A stretch of DNA of 64,000 nucleotides from an uncultured Actinomycetota bacterium (GCA_963781135.1 CAWADY010000013.1:75-64074); one strand, 5' to 3'. Shown: positions 41,513 through 52,706, counted from the first letter of the stretch. Notes: generated by a model not told the origin, from the letters alone. Numbers and translations are program-made.

Positions 41513-42448
41513 GTGCTTCACGTCTTCGCCGTCCTCGCCGCGGCGCTGCTGTTCGGGACGACCGGCACGTCGATGGCGCTGGGGCCCGACGACACCACTC
41601 CCCTGTCGGTGGGCGCCGTCCGCCTCGTGATCGGCGGCACCGGCCTCGCGGTGATCGCGTTCGTGCTCGCGCGTCGGCATGCGCGCGGCGCGGTCGGGCC
41701 GGCGCCGCGCCTCGGCATCCGACCGCTCGCCCTCATGGTGCTGACCGGGTTCTGCCTCGCGCTCTACCAGCCGCTGTTCTTCCTCGGCACCGAGCGCAAC
41801 GGCGTCGCCGTCGGCACCGTGGTGGCGCTGGGCTCGGCGCCGATCCTCGCCGGGCTGCTCGAGTGGGTTCTGACGAGGCGGGTTCCCACCACGACATGGA
41901 TGCTGGCGACCGCGCTTGCGACGGTCGGAGTGGTGATGCTCGGCTTCGGCGGCGAGGCCCCGACCGCCGGCGGTGGCGGCGGCACCGATCCGATCGGACT
42001 GCTCGCGAGCGTCGGGGCGGGCGCCACGTTCGCCGTGATCGCCAACACGCAGCGCCGACTGCTCGACGAGGGCTGGGATCCGTTCACCGTCGTGGGTGCG
42101 ATGGGTGCGAGTTCGGCGGTGCTCTCGGCCTTCGTGCTCCCGTTCGTCGACCTCAGCTGGCTCGGCACGACCGCCGGGCTCGTGATGGCGCTGTGGCTCG
42201 GCCTGGCGACGATCTCGATCGCGTACGTGATGTTCACGTGGGGTCTGGGCGGTCTGACCGCCGCGACGGCCGCGACCCTCACCCTCGGCGAACCGCTGAC
42301 GGCCAGCATCCTCGGCATCGTGGTTCTCGGCGAACGGCTGTCGGTGCTCGCGATCGTCGGTCTCGTGATCCTCGCCGCGGGGCTCGCCCTGCTCGCGTGG
42401 GGGTCGCGCGCTCCTCGCGACCCGGTGCCGTTCGCGGTGGAGGGCTGA
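41513..42448 (+). CDS. EamA/DMT family transporter
   Basis: LFGTTGT, YQPLFF and TLTLGEPLTA; about 10 TM segments. Confidence 0.88.
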   Translation: MLHVFAVLAAALLFGTTGTSMALGPDDTTPLSVGAVRLVIGGTGLAVIAFVLARRHARGAVGPAPRLGIRPLALMVLTGFCLALYQPLFFLGTERNGVAVGTVVALGSAPILAGLLEWVLTRRVPTTTWMLATALATVGVVMLGFGGEAPTAGGGGGTDPIGLLASVGAGATFAVIANTQRRLLDEGWDPFTVVGAMGASSAVLSAFVLPFVDLSWLGTTAGLVMALWLGLATISIAYVMFTWGLGGLTAATAATLTLGEPLTASILGIVVLGERLSVLAIVGLVILAAGLALLAWGSRAPRDPVPFAVEG

Positions 42449-42450
42449 CG

Positions 42451-42915
42451 ATGCCGCACATCGAGATCCGAATGGACGACCTGGCCGGCGAGGCCACCCG
42501 CGCGCTGATCGCGTTCCACCTGGACGGCATGCACGACACTTCGCCGCCCGAGAGCGTGCACGCCCTCGACATCGACGGGCTGCGGCATCCGTCCGTCACG
42601 TTCTGGTCGGCGTGGATCGACGGCGAGCTCGCGGGCATCGCCGCGCTGAAGTCGATCGATGCCGAGCGCGGCGAGCTCAAGTCGATGCGCGTGGACGACC
42701 GCTTCCGCGGCAGCGGCGTGGGCCGAGCGCTGCTGCGTCACCTCATCGCCGAGGCGCGCCGGCGTGGCATGACGAGCCTGTGGCTCGAGACCGGAAGCCC
42801 CGACGACTTCGTACCCGCTCAGCGACTCTACGAGAGCGAGGGCTTCACGCGCTGCGGCCCGTTCGACGGATACACCGACGACCCGTTCTCGGTGTTCATG
42901 ACCCGCACGCTCTGA
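42451..42915 (+). CDS. GNAT family N-acetyltransferase
   Basis: SPPESVHALD, GELKSMR, RGSGVG and LYESEGF. Confidence 0.92.
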   Translation: MPHIEIRMDDLAGEATRALIAFHLDGMHDTSPPESVHALDIDGLRHPSVTFWSAWIDGELAGIAALKSIDAERGELKSMRVDDRFRGSGVGRALLRHLIAEARRRGMTSLWLETGSPDDFVPAQRLYESEGFTRCGPFDGYTDDPFSVFMTRTL

Positions 42916-42921
42916 GCGCGC

Positions 42922-44128
42922 TCAGGCGGGGACGACGAGCGCCATCGCGAAGGCGGAGACTCCTTCACCGCGCCCGGTGAAACCCGAGGCCGTCGGTCGT
43001 CGTCGCAGAGACAGACACCGGCGCACCGCCCAACGCCGCCGAGAGCGCTGCCTCGGCCTCGGCGCGACGCGCGCTGAATCGCGGACGGTTTGCCTGCACC
43101 TGCACGGCCACATTGCCGACGCGCCAGCCCGCCTCGCCGAGCAAGCCCAGCGTGCGCGAGAGGAACGCGTCGGCGTGCGCGCCCGCGTATTCGGGATGAT
43201 CGGTGCCGAAGTGCGTTCCGATGTCCGCGAGCCCGGCGGCAGACAGCAGGGCGTCGACGATCGCATGCGCGACGGCATCGCCGTCCGAGTGCCCCGACAG
43301 CGCAGGTTCGCCGGGCCATTCGAGCCCGGCGAGCCACAGCGTCCCTGTGCCACCGAACGCGTGCACGTCGGTCCCGACGCCGACCCGCGGAATCGGCATC
43401 GGGTTCTCGAGGTGCGCCATCGACGGTGCGAGCGGATGCCGCGCCACCAGTGACCGGGCACGCTCGAGATCGGCCGGGGTCGTGATCTTGAACGCGCGCG
43501 CGTCGCCGCCCACCACCGCGACGCGGTGACCGGCCGCCGCCACCAGGGCCGCATCGTCGGTGAAGTCCTGATCGGCGACCGCGTACGCGGCATCCAGGAC
43601 ATCACGCCGGAAACCCTGCGGCGTCTGGGCGGCCGAGAGCTCGGAGCGGTCCACGGCAGCGACGATCAGCGCGTCCTCGACGCGCTTGATGGTGTCGATG
43701 ACAGGCAGGACGGGGATGGCCCCGGCGTTGCCCGCGTCGATCGCTGCGATCACGCGCTCGAACACGACGGCCGGCGTCAGGGCGCGGGCGGCGTCGTGCA
43801 CCAGCACGATCTCGACATCACCCCACAGGGCAGCCAATCCCGCAGCCACCGACGCCTGCCGCGAGTCCCCGCCCGTGACGACGGACACCAGCTCGCGCCG
43901 GTCACCGGCCGCGGCGAGCGCGTCGGTCAGCGCGTCGCCCTCGCGCCCCGCGGGCGCGACGATCACGATCTGCGCGTGCGGTGCGGCCAGCACGCCGGCG
44001 AGGGCATGCCGGAGCATCGTGTGCCCGTCGATGCCGACGAACGCTTTCGGGATGCCCGCGGCCAGACGGGTTCCCGACCCGGCCGCGACGACGATGACCG
44101 CGATGCGCGGCACAGGCGTGATGCTCAC
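42922..44128 (-). CDS. ispDF: Bifunctional IspD/IspF, apparent frameshift near 42981
   Basis: AAGSGTRL...PKAF, VHDAAR, QTPQGF, then GTDVHAF, HSDGD and TTDGLGF; the tail TGRGEG is restored by removing one A from AAA at 42980-42982. Confidence 0.92.
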
Positions 44129-44137
44129 GCCCTAAAC

Positions 44138-44620
44138 CTAACTGGCGAGAACCTCGTCGAGGATCGCGCCGGCCTGCTCTTCGTCGGTCTTCTCAGCGAG
44201 CGCGAGCTCGGAGATGAGGATCTGCTTCGCCTTCGCGAGCATGCGCTTCTCACCGGCCGACAGACCGCGGTCCTGATCGCGGCGCCAGAGGTCGCGGACG
44301 ACCTCGCTCACCTTGATGACGTCGCCGGAAGCGAGCTTCTCGAGGTTGGCCTTGTACCGGCGAGACCAGTTCGTGGGCTCCTCGGTGAAGGGTGCACGAA
44401 GCACCTCGAAGACCTTGTCGAGGCCTTCCTTGCCGATGACGTCGCGAACGCCGACGAGGTCGACATTCTCCGCAGGAACCTCGATGATCAGATCACCTTG
44501 AGTGACGTTGAGCTTCAGATATCTTTTGGTCTCGCCCTTGATGACCCGGTCTTTGACTTCGATGATCGTCGCGGCCCCGTGATGGGGGTAGACGACCGTT
44601 TCGCCAACCTCAAAAAGCAT
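44138..44620 (-). CDS. carD: CarD transcription factor
   Basis: [15 protein letters not shown] and [13 protein letters not shown]. Confidence 0.97.
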   Translation of the reverse strand: MLFEVGETVVYPHHGAATIIEVKDRVIKGETKRYLKLNVTQGDLIIEVPAENVDLVGVRDVIGKEGLDKVFEVLRAPFTEEPTNWSRRYKANLEKLASGDVIKVSEVVRDLWRRDQDRGLSAGEKRMLAKAKQILISELALAEKTDEEQAGAILDEVLAS

Positions 44621-44765
44621 GGAGTTATGTCCTTTCGGCAACCTCCAGGATACCACAGGCCCAGATGCGGTAAGGTTCGCCGCCCACCCCTGGCGCGCTA
44701 CTGCGCACTGCCGACGGCGCACCCCTAGAATGCTAGAGATGTCGTCATCCGTCCCGGGAGGATCC

Positions 44766-45238
44766 GTGAAATCGCGCCTTATCGCGTCGCTCGCCCTAGG
44801 CGCCCTCGTGGTCCTTGGAACCAGTGGCTGCGCCATGCTTTCGACGCAGGCAACGACCATCCCGTACTCGCCGTCTGACGGCGTGAACATCCCGGACTCC
44901 GGGCCCCTGCAGGTTCGCAACGTGCTGATCGTCTCCGACGAGACGGGCGTCGACGGCAACCTCGTCGCCGCGATCGTCAACGCGACGACCGAATCGCACA
45001 CGCTCAACATCGAGTACGGCGAGGGTTCGTCGAAGTCGTCCGAGACGATCCGCGTCCCCGCCAACACGACGGTCAGCCTCGGCACCGCCGAGACCGACCC
45101 GCTGCTGCTCGAGGGCATCGATACAAGCCGGGTGCCAACCTGCCGATGTTCTTCCAGTCGGGAGACAGCGACGGCGTCCTGTTCGACGTCCCCGTCCTGG
45201 ACGGCGCGCTCGACTACTACGGCGACCTTCTGCCCTGA
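44766..45238 (+). CDS. Hypothetical lipoprotein, apparent frameshift near 45125
   Basis: Lipobox LGTSGC, YSPSDG and VRNVLIV; the C-terminus VPVLDG..YYGDLLP appears after adding one A. Confidence 0.75.
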
Positions 45239-45272
45239 CGCGCGCCGCCTGACCCTGCCGCGCAGGGCGGCG

Positions 45273-45956
45273 TCAGCCCTCGAAGCGGTAGCCGAGTCCC
45301 CGCACGGTCATGAGCATGGACGGATCGCTCGGGTGCTTCTCGATGCGTGACCGGATGCGCTTGATGTGCACGTCGAGCGTCTTCGTGTCACCGAAGTAGT
45401 CCGTTCCCCACACGCGGTCGATCAGCTGTCCGCGCGTGAGCACGCGGCCGGCGTTTCGCATGAGCACCTCGAGCAGCTCGAATTCCTTGAGCGGCATGTT
45501 GATCTCCCGCCCGTCGACGGCGACCGTGTGACGATCGATGTCGAGCACGACCCGCCCGCCATCCAGAACGTGATCCTCGAGATCGGCCTCGTTCTGCGAC
45601 AGCCTCCGCAGCACGGCGCGCATCCGCGCGAGCAGCTCCCTCGCCGAATACGGCTTGGTGACGTAGTCGTCGGCGCCGAGCTCGAGCCCGACGACGATGT
45701 CCACCTCGGAGTCCTTCGCCGTGAGCATGATGATCGGCACCCTCGAGGCCGCGCGGATCTGGCGGCAGACCTCGGTCCCCGACATTCCGGGGAGCATCAG
45801 GTCGAGCAGCACGATGTCGGCACCGCGATCGCGGAACGCGGTGAGCGCCGAGGGGCCGTCTTCGGCGATCTCGACGTCGTAGCCCTCACGACGCAGCAGG
45901 TAGGCGAGCGGATCGGCCAGATCCGGCTCGTCCTCGACGATCAGGACGCGGGTCAT
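45273..45956 (-). CDS. regX3: Response regulator RegX3
   Basis: [30 protein letters not shown] and [10 protein letters not shown]; coupled to senX3. Confidence 0.92.
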   Translation of the reverse strand: MTRVLIVEDEPDLADPLAYLLRREGYDVEIAEDGPSALTAFRDRGADIVLLDLMLPGMSGTEVCRQIRAASRVPIIMLTAKDSEVDIVVGLELGADDYVTKPYSARELLARMRAVLRRLSQNEADLEDHVLDGGRVVLDIDRHTVAVDGREINMPLKEFELLEVLMRNAGRVLTRGQLIDRVWGTDYFGDTKTLDVHIKRIRSRIEKHPSDPSMLMTVRGLGYRFEG

Positions 45957-47170
45957 GCGGGTGCTCCGTTCGTGGGGTGGGATGCCGAAGCCGGCGTCGC
46001 CTTCTTCTTCTTCGGGCGACGGCGCTTGGGCTGCACTTGGTCGGCGGGGGGATCGATCAGCGGAAGACGGATGGTGAAGGTCGAGCCGCGACCGGGTCGC
46101 GACCAGAGCCGTACCTCTCCCCCGTGCCGCTGCACCGCGTGTTTGACGATCGCGAGGCCGAGGCCGGTGCCGCCTGTGCGGCGGGAGCGCGCCTGGTCGG
46201 CGCGGTAGAACCGTTCGAACACGCGCTCCTGGTCGCCTTCCGCGATTCCGATGCCACGATCGGTGACAGCGATCTCGACGATGTCGTCGACGGCCTTCAC
46301 TCCGACGCCGACATTCGAGCCTTTCGGCGAGTAGGCGATCGCGTTCGCGACCAGATTGCCGACGGCCTCGCCGAGCACCTGCGCATCTCCTCGCACGAAC
46401 AGACCGCGATCGCCTCCGCGCACGATCTCGACGCCGGCTGATCCGGCCTGGATCGCGTGCGCCTCCACGGCCGAGGTCACGATCTCGTCGACGGCCACCT
46501 CGCGCTCATCGGTGAACTCGTCCGCGGCCTGCAGGCGTGAGAGGTTCATGATGCGGGAGGTGAGCTGTGCGAGGCGCGCGGCCTCGGCGGTCAGCCGTCC
46601 GGCGAAGTTGCGCACCTGATCGGGATCGTCGGCAGCGGATTCGATCGCCTCCGCGAGCAGGCTGACCGCGCCGACCGGCGTCTTGAGCTCATGGCTCGTG
46701 TTGGCCACGAAGTCGCGCCGCATCTGCTCGACCCGCTCCCGCTCGGTGATGTCGCGCAAGACGAGCAGCGTGAGGCGCGGCGAGATGCGCGTCGCTCGAA
46801 CGACCACCAGGCGCGGCTCCGCGGGTGGGGCACCGCGGCGCAGCCGCAGTGTCGCCGTCGCGGCCGACTCGGCCGACCGCACCCGGCGGGCGAGGCCGCG
46901 CAGCTCGTCGGAGGGCAGAACGCCCCCTTCCTCGAGATGGAAGGGAACGGCAGCCGTCGAAGCGGCGAGGACCGTCGAGGACGCGTCGACCACGACGGCG
47001 GCGTCGTCCATTCCGTGCAGCACTTCGCGGACACCGTCGGGGATCACCGATGACGTCTCGGCCTGGGCGCGATCCCGCGCGCGCATCGCCAGAACGATCA
47101 CCATCGATACGGAGCCCCCGATGATCACCCCCAGGATCAGGGCGAGCAGCGCCAGCTGCGTCGTATCCAT
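45953..47170 (-). CDS. senX3: Sensor histidine kinase SenX3
   Basis: FVANTSHELKTPVGA, NAIAYS and ARSRRTGGTGLGL. Confidence 0.92.
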   Translation of the reverse strand: MDTTQLALLALILGVIIGGSVSMVIVLAMRARDRAQAETSSVIPDGVREVLHGMDDAAVVVDASSTVLAASTAAVPFHLEEGGVLPSDELRGLARRVRSAESAATATLRLRRGAPPAEPRLVVVRATRISPRLTLLVLRDITERERVEQMRRDFVANTSHELKTPVGAVSLLAEAIESAADDPDQVRNFAGRLTAEAARLAQLTSRIMNLSRLQAADEFTDEREVAVDEIVTSAVEAHAIQAGSAGVEIVRGGDRGLFVRGDAQVLGEAVGNLVANAIAYSPKGSNVGVGVKAVDDIVEIAVTDRGIGIAEGDQERVFERFYRADQARSRRTGGTGLGLAIVKHAVQRHGGEVRLWSRPGRGSTFTIRLPLIDPPADQVQPKRRRPKKKKATPASASHPTNGAPA

Positions 47171-47242
47171 GGCTCAACAGTAGAGGGCGAGCGGATGCCG
47201 GTCCCGCCCGCATGGCGCTCCCGGTCGGGGCGGCCCGTTACT

Positions 47243-47270
47243 ATTCACTCTCGCGGCACCGTTCGTTAAC
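47243..47270 (+). promoter_or_regulatory. Degenerate PHO-box-like repeats upstream of phoU
   Basis: ATTCAC, CGGCAC and GTTAAC at exact 11-bp spacing. Confidence 0.45.
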
Positions 47271-47335
47271 CTTCGGTGGCGACAATCGCCGGGTCGCCAG
47301 GCTCCTGCCTGCTGCGGAACACGAAAGGTGCTGCA

Positions 47336-48010
47336 ATGCGCGAGGTCTTCCATCAGTCCCTCGAGGACGTCCAAGGGCGTCTGGTCGAGATCGCCGAGCT
47401 CGTCACGATCGCGATCGATAAAGCCACTCGGGCCTTCAGTTCGAGCGACGTCGCCCTGGCCGAAGAGGTCATCGAGGCCGACGCGGTCATCGACGAGAAG
47501 TCGGTCGCACTCGACGAGCTCGCGATCGAGATCCTGGCGCGCCAGCAGCCCGTCGCCCGCGATCTGCGCATCGTCGTGAGCGCCCTGCGCATCAGCGCGT
47601 CACTCGAGCGCATGGGCGACATCGCCGAGCACATCGCCCAGCTGACGCGCATGCGCTTCCCCGAGCGGGCCATTCCGCGCGGGCTGAAGTCGACCTTCAC
47701 CAAGATGGGCGAGCTCGACGTGAACGTCGCGCGCAAGCTCACCGAGCTGCTGCGCACCGAGGACCAGGCTCTGGCCGAAGAGATCCGCAACGACGACGAC
47801 ATGCTCGACGACCTGCACATCAGCGTGTTCGAGAAGGTCCTCAGCGACAGCTGGAAGGGCGAAGCGTCGGCCACCGTCGATGCGACGCTCGCGAGCCGCT
47901 ATCACGAGCGCTTCGCCGACCACGCCGTCTCGGTCGCGAAGAAGGTCGTCTACCTCTCCACGGGCGACTGGACGGTCGAGACCGACGCGATCGACGTCGT
48001 CCGCCCGTAG
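47336..48010 (+). CDS. phoU: Phosphate signalling protein PhoU
   Basis: LARQQPVARDLR, LERMGDIAEHIA and YHERFADHAV. Confidence 0.95.
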   Translation: MREVFHQSLEDVQGRLVEIAELVTIAIDKATRAFSSSDVALAEEVIEADAVIDEKSVALDELAIEILARQQPVARDLRIVVSALRISASLERMGDIAEHIAQLTRMRFPERAIPRGLKSTFTKMGELDVNVARKLTELLRTEDQALAEEIRNDDDMLDDLHISVFEKVLSDSWKGEASATVDATLASRYHERFADHAVSVAKKVVYLSTGDWTVETDAIDVVRP

Positions 48011-48022
48011 CCCGGAAACGCG

Positions 48023-48060
48023 AAGAGAGCGGATGCCGACGTGTCGGCATCCGCTCTCTT
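48023..48060. terminator. Bidirectional terminator between phoU and gpmA
   Basis: AAGAGAGCGGATGCCGAC-GT-GTCGGCATCCGCTCTCTT. Confidence 0.85.
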
Positions 48061-48075
48061 CTGCGTGTAAGAGGG

Positions 48076-48825
48076 CTACTTCTTCCCTTGACTGGCGACC
48101 GCAGCGGCCCCCGCGGCGGCGGCCTCCGGGTCGAGGTACTCGCCCGGGCCGAGCGGCTCGAGGTTCTCGTCGAGCCGGTAGACGAGGGGGATGCCGGTCG
48201 GGATGTTGAGCTCGGCGATGTCGGCGTCGCTGATGCCGTCGAGGTGCTTCACGAGCCCCCGCAGCGAGTTGCCGTGAGCGGTGACGAGCACGGTCTTGCC
48301 GGCGCGCAGGTCGGGGACGATGTCGCTCTCCCAGTACGGCAGGAAGCGGTCGATCACGAGCTTGAGCGACTCGGTGCGCGGAACCTCGCCGTCGATGCCG
48401 ACGTAGCGCGGGTCGCCCACCTGGCTGAACTCGGAGTCGTCCGCGAGGGGCGGGGGCGGCACGTCGAACGAGCGGCGCCAGAGCATGAACTGCTCGGGCC
48501 CGAACTCCTCGAGCGTCTGCGCCTTGTCTTTGCCCTGCAGGGCGCCGTAGTGGCGTTCGTTGAGTCGCCACGTGCGCTTGACGGGGATCCAGAGCCGGTC
48601 GGCGGCGTCCAGGGCGAGGTCCGCGGTCTGGATCGCGCGGCTGAGCACGGAGGTGTGCAGCACGTCGGGCAGGAGGCCGGCTTCGGCGAGCAGTTCGCCG
48701 CCGCGGATGGCTTCGGCCTCGCCCTGATCGGAGAGGCGCACATCGACCCATCCGGTGAAGAGGTTGAGCTCGTTCCAGACGCTCTGGCCGTGGCGGAGGA
48801 GGATCAGCGTGTAGGGCGCGGTCAT
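48076..48825 (-). CDS. gpmA: 2,3-bisphosphoglycerate-dependent phosphoglycerate mutase
   Basis: [18 protein letters not shown] and AHGNSLR. Confidence 0.97.
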   Translation of the reverse strand: MTAPYTLILLRHGQSVWNELNLFTGWVDVRLSDQGEAEAIRGGELLAEAGLLPDVLHTSVLSRAIQTADLALDAADRLWIPVKRTWRLNERHYGALQGKDKAQTLEEFGPEQFMLWRRSFDVPPPPLADDSEFSQVGDPRYVGIDGEVPRTESLKLVIDRFLPYWESDIVPDLRAGKTVLVTAHGNSLRGLVKHLDGISDADIAELNIPTGIPLVYRLDENLEPLGPGEYLDPEAAAAGAAAVASQGKK

Positions 48826-48897
48826 TGCCCCATGATAGCGACGAGCACGCACCGCCCCCGGCGTCGGAGGGCGGGGCGCGACTGGCATCATGGGCAC

Positions 48898-49716
48898 ATG
48901 AGCTCGGGCCGCTCCCCCGTCGGGCAGATCACGCGCGGCACGACGGGCACGAACCGGCTGCGTCGCGTCGACCGGTGGATCGCGCGGCATCCGGCGCTGC
49001 GCCGCGCCGCCGACCCGCTCGTGGTCGATCTCGGCTTCGGCGCCAGCGCGGTCACCGCGCTGGAGCTGTATGCCCGACTGGCGCGTGCCCGGCCGGACGT
49101 CGAGGTCGTCGGACTCGAGATCGACCCGAGCCGCGTCGCACGGGCGCGCCTTCAGCTCGCCGAGGTGGCGGCGGGTGCAACGTCGTTCTCGGCGGATTCA
49201 CGCGTGTCGTTCTCGCTCGGCGGGTTCGAGGTGCCGACACCGCGTGCTCCGTCGGTGATCCGCGCGATGAACGTGCTGCGGCAATACGACGAAGCGGACG
49301 TGCGCGACGCCTGGCGACGCATGTCCGCGCGGCTCGCGCCGGACGGTCTGCTCGTCGAGGGGACGTGCGACGAACTCGGCCGCATCTGCACGTGGGTCTC
49401 GATCGGGACGGATGCCGTCCCCCAGACGCTCACGATCTCGCTGCGGCTCTCGGGCCTGGAGCATCCCTCGATCGCGGCGGAGCGACTTCCGAAGGCCCTC
49501 ATCCATCGGAACGTTCCCGGCGAGGGCGTGCACGCGCTCCTGGTCGCCCTCGAGGACGAATGGGAGCGGGCGGCCGGTCTGTCGACGTTCGGTCCCGTGC
49601 AGCGGTGGGAGGGCGCGCTCACAGCGCTGCGAACGGCCGGCTGGCCGGTGCAGGAGCGATCCCGGTGGCGGCTCGGCGAACTCACCGTGCCGTGGAGCGC
49701 CGTCGCGCCGCTGTGA
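48898..49716 (+). CDS. Class I SAM-dependent methyltransferase-like protein
   Basis: [31 protein letters not shown] and EGTCDELGR. Confidence 0.82.
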   Translation: MSSGRSPVGQITRGTTGTNRLRRVDRWIARHPALRRAADPLVVDLGFGASAVTALELYARLARARPDVEVVGLEIDPSRVARARLQLAEVAAGATSFSADSRVSFSLGGFEVPTPRAPSVIRAMNVLRQYDEADVRDAWRRMSARLAPDGLLVEGTCDELGRICTWVSIGTDAVPQTLTISLRLSGLEHPSIAAERLPKALIHRNVPGEGVHALLVALEDEWERAAGLSTFGPVQRWEGALTALRTAGWPVQERSRWRLGELTVPWSAVAPL

Positions 49717-49732
49717 CGGGACGGCGTCAGCT

Positions 49733-50839
49733 TCAGATCCGCGGAACGCAGGCTCGCGCTTCGGCGCTCGTCATTCCCGTCGCCGTCAGCAGGTCGACCG
49801 CAAGCGGCCGCAGGGCGGCGATGAGGTTCTGATCGCCCAGCGACGCATCGGGCAGCAGCTGGGCCGGGTCAAGGCGACCCGCCACGCTGCGCACCGCTTC
49901 GCGCGCGATGGGCTCGATCGAGATGTCGGTCAGCGACTGGGCGACGAGCTGAGCCGCCCGCGCCAGGTCGGCGAGGGTGTCTGCCGCGACCGGCCTGGCC
50001 ACCCCGTCGTCGCAGAGGTAGACCACCCGGCGGCCGATGACCCGGAGGTTGCGCGTCGCGAGGTCGGTGTACTGACGGATGCGCTCGTGCCGTTGCAGCT
50101 CCGAACGGTGCCGGTGCAGGAACGGCGAGATGCGGGCGATCGCGATGCCGGAGTCGAGGGAGGTCGACCAGCCGTCCACCAGCGGCTGCAGTGCCCGCGC
50201 CTTCTCGAGACCCCGCTCGGCCCGCATCCGGTCACCGCGGCGCAGCGCCTGCGCCATCGTGCTCATGGCCGAGTCCATCGCGCGGTACACCGCCGCGCCC
50301 GTCCGCACCTCTTCGCGCTGCAGAGTGCGCGGGATGAGCGCGGTCACCAGCAGAGCGGCGATGCCGCCGACGATGCCGTCGACGAGACGCAGGAACGGGG
50401 CGTTGGCCGGGATCACCATCACGATGAGCGCCTGGATCGCCGCCGCGATCGCGAAGCTCGCCTGGGCCGAGAGGAACCGGGCGACGATGAGCGTGAGACC
50501 CAGCGCCAGCGCGATCTGCCACCACCCCGGACCCGCGGCGAGCAGGAGGAGTTCGGCGACGAGGATTCCCACCAGCATCCCGAGCACGGTCTCGAGAACT
50601 CGGCGCGGTCGCGCATCGCGGACGAGACCGAGGCTCGACACGCACACGGTCGCGGCCAGCAGCGGAGCCGGATGCCCGAGGACGTAGTGCGAGAAGGCGT
50701 ATGCGCCGGTCGTGGCGACCACGATCTGCAGGATCGCGATCGAGGACCCCTGCACGCGCCGCAACCCGCGTCGCGGGTCGATGCGCTTGCGCCAGCCGGT
50801 GACGACGGCCGTCGTGGTCGGCTCCGGGGTCTCGCCCAC
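49733..50839 (-). CDS. FUSC / aromatic acid exporter family membrane protein
   Basis: GHPAPLLAA, RRVLETVLG, AAIQALIV and RNLRVIGR. Confidence 0.85.
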   Translation of the reverse strand: MGETPEPTTTAVVTGWRKRIDPRRGLRRVQGSSIAILQIVVATTGAYAFSHYVLGHPAPLLAATVCVSSLGLVRDARPRRVLETVLGMLVGILVAELLLLAAGPGWWQIALALGLTLIVARFLSAQASFAIAAAIQALIVMVIPANAPFLRLVDGIVGGIAALLVTALIPRTLQREEVRTGAAVYRAMDSAMSTMAQALRRGDRMRAERGLEKARALQPLVDGWSTSLDSGIAIARISPFLHRHRSELQRHERIRQYTDLATRNLRVIGRRVVYLCDDGVARPVAADTLADLARAAQLVAQSLTDISIEPIAREAVRSVAGRLDPAQLLPDASLGDQNLIAALRPLAVDLLTATGMTSAEARACVPRI

Positions 50840-50846
50840 GGCGTCC

Positions 50847-51947
50847 TCAGCCGGCTCGTCGACCGAGGCGTGGCAGGCGGGGGATGTTCGCGGTCGCCCC
50901 TGCCTCCGGGGGGACGATCACTTCCTGCGCCGCGACGATATCGCCGTCCTGCGTGCGGACCACGAATGCGGCGTCGACGGCGGTGTTCCGGCGCACGACC
51001 GCGAGCGCGATCGGTCCCTCTTCGAAGTGGCGTGCCGCAGAGGTGACGACGCCGACGGCGTTCTCGCCGAGGAACACCTCGTCGCCGTGCGACGGGAGCA
51101 CGGAATCGCTGCCGTCGAGCTGCAGGGCGACGACGCGCCGCGGTGGGTGACCGAGGTTGTGCACCTTCGCGACGGTCTCCTGGCCGCGGTAGCAGCCCTT
51201 CTCGAGGTGGACCGCCGTGCGCAGCCAGTCGAGCTCGTGGGGCAGCGCGCGCTCATCGACCTCGTTCGCCCAGCGGGGGCGCCATGCCGCAATGCGCAGG
51301 GCGTCGGCGGCGACGAGGCCGGCCAGTGCGAGGCCGCCCGAGGCGGCGGCATCCGCGATCCGCTCCTCCTCAGCGCGCGGGACGATCGCCTCGACCCAAT
51401 CGCGATCGGTGCCCGGGTGCGGCTCCGCCGCCGCATACGCGTATCCACCGGGTGCCACACCTGGCCACGGATCCACCCAGACCAACGGCAGACCAGCGGG
51501 CGCTGCAGAGGTGAGACCGTCGATCGCGGCGCGCGTGCCGCCGATGACCGCGAACTCCTCGCTCGCGTCGCGGGGGTCCACCCGAAGCCGGAAGCGCATC
51601 TTGCGCAGCCACGAGAGCAGACCCTCGGCGTCGCCGCGATCGGTGATGAGCCAGGTCGTCTCGCCGTCGTCGAGGACGGATGCCGCATGCTCGACGTGTC
51701 CGTGCGGATCGAGGACCAGAAGCTCGGTGCTCTCACCCGGCGCGAGGCGCGTGAGCGACTGCGACGTGAGCGAGTCGAGCCACGACAGCCGATCTTCACC
51801 GGGCACGGCGAGCACCGTGCGATCGCCCAGGGGCGCGACCGCTCGCCCGGAGGCGAGTGCGCGCTGCTCTCCGAGCGGGTTGCCGAGGTGCCGGAGACCC
51901 GTCTCATCGGTGACGGCGCCCGGAACCCGTGCGAACGGTCCCGGCAT
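50847..51947 (-). CDS. ygfZ: Folate-binding protein YgfZ/GcvT family
   Basis: RLSWLDSLTSQ, LDPHGHVE and HLEKGCYRGQETVAK. Confidence 0.93.
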   Translation of the reverse strand: MPGPFARVPGAVTDETGLRHLGNPLGEQRALASGRAVAPLGDRTVLAVPGEDRLSWLDSLTSQSLTRLAPGESTELLVLDPHGHVEHAASVLDDGETTWLITDRGDAEGLLSWLRKMRFRLRVDPRDASEEFAVIGGTRAAIDGLTSAAPAGLPLVWVDPWPGVAPGGYAYAAAEPHPGTDRDWVEAIVPRAEEERIADAAASGGLALAGLVAADALRIAAWRPRWANEVDERALPHELDWLRTAVHLEKGCYRGQETVAKVHNLGHPPRRVVALQLDGSDSVLPSHGDEVFLGENAVGVVTSAARHFEEGPIALAVVRRNTAVDAAFVVRTQDGDIVAAQEVIVPPEAGATANIPRLPRLGRRAG

Positions 51948-52570
51948 CAGTCGACCCTCGCAAGGCGTGCGGAGGCGTGCGACGAGAGTTCGCGCCCGAG
52001 CGCGGCGATGTCCCAGGCCCACAGCAGGTGACCGTCGACGAGGCCGTACATGCGCGTCGCGGCCGCATAGACCTTCGCACCGGCGGTGCGCACGACCGCA
52101 TCGGTCGCCACGTCGATCCGCGGTCCGCGGATCGCACCGAGATACAGCTCGCTGACTCCGTCGGAGTGGACGATCGACACCTCGATGTCGAAACCGCCCT
52201 CGGCGTTGCGCAGCAGCTCGACATCGTCGGCGGTCCGGGCGACCGGCGCACCGAGCGGAGGGAGCAGGCCGGGGCCGGCCTCCGCGTCCGTCGCGGTACG
52301 GGACAGCCGCCAGTAGCCCATCTCGGAGACGAGCGGTGTGCGGGCACGCTCGCCCGCTTCGGAAACGGGTGAGTCATCGAGCAGCCACGCGCTCGCGGCA
52401 TAGTTCAGGTACGTGCCGCCGTCATGGCTGAAGCTCACGCGGTGGATGAATTCTCCGGCGAAGCGGTGGTCGTCGACCTCGTAGTCGATGACTCCGCTGC
52501 CCTCCCAGACGCCGATGAGCCACGAGAGAGGCGCGAGATCCGCGGGCAGGTCGGTGGGCAGGTCGAACAC
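51947..52570 (-). CDS. FABP-like / nitrobindin family protein
   Basis: LAPLSWLIGVWEG, SEMGYWR and LSSHASARL. Confidence 0.88.
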   Translation of the reverse strand: MFDLPTDLPADLAPLSWLIGVWEGSGVIDYEVDDHRFAGEFIHRVSFSHDGGTYLNYAASAWLLDDSPVSEAGERARTPLVSEMGYWRLSRTATDAEAGPGLLPPLGAPVARTADDVELLRNAEGGFDIEVSIVHSDGVSELYLGAIRGPRIDVATDAVVRTAGAKVYAAATRMYGLVDGHLLWAWDIAALGRELSSHASARLARVD

Positions 52571-52583
52571 GACGCGACCGCCG

Positions 52584-52697
52584 TCAGCGCTGGCCGCGAT
52601 AGAGGTTCTTGATGACGACGCCGGAGACGAAGAAGATCGCGAGCGACGCAAGTGCGAGAAGCCCAACGAAGAACAGTTCCAGCGCGACGAGATCCAT
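52584..52697 (-). CDS. 37-aa single-TM microprotein (not in the ORF track)
   Basis: MDLVALELFFVGLLALASLAIFFVSGVVIKNLYRGQR; -10 TAGACT 6 nt before ATG. Confidence 0.75.
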   Translation of the reverse strand: MDLVALELFFVGLLALASLAIFFVSGVVIKNLYRGQR

Positions 52698-52706
52698 GGC
52701 TCGAGT

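Noticed and set aside
44129-44145. IdeR box (TTAGGTTTAGGG)
   Set aside because: Only one half matches; better explained as the carD stop plus the ispDF -10 box.
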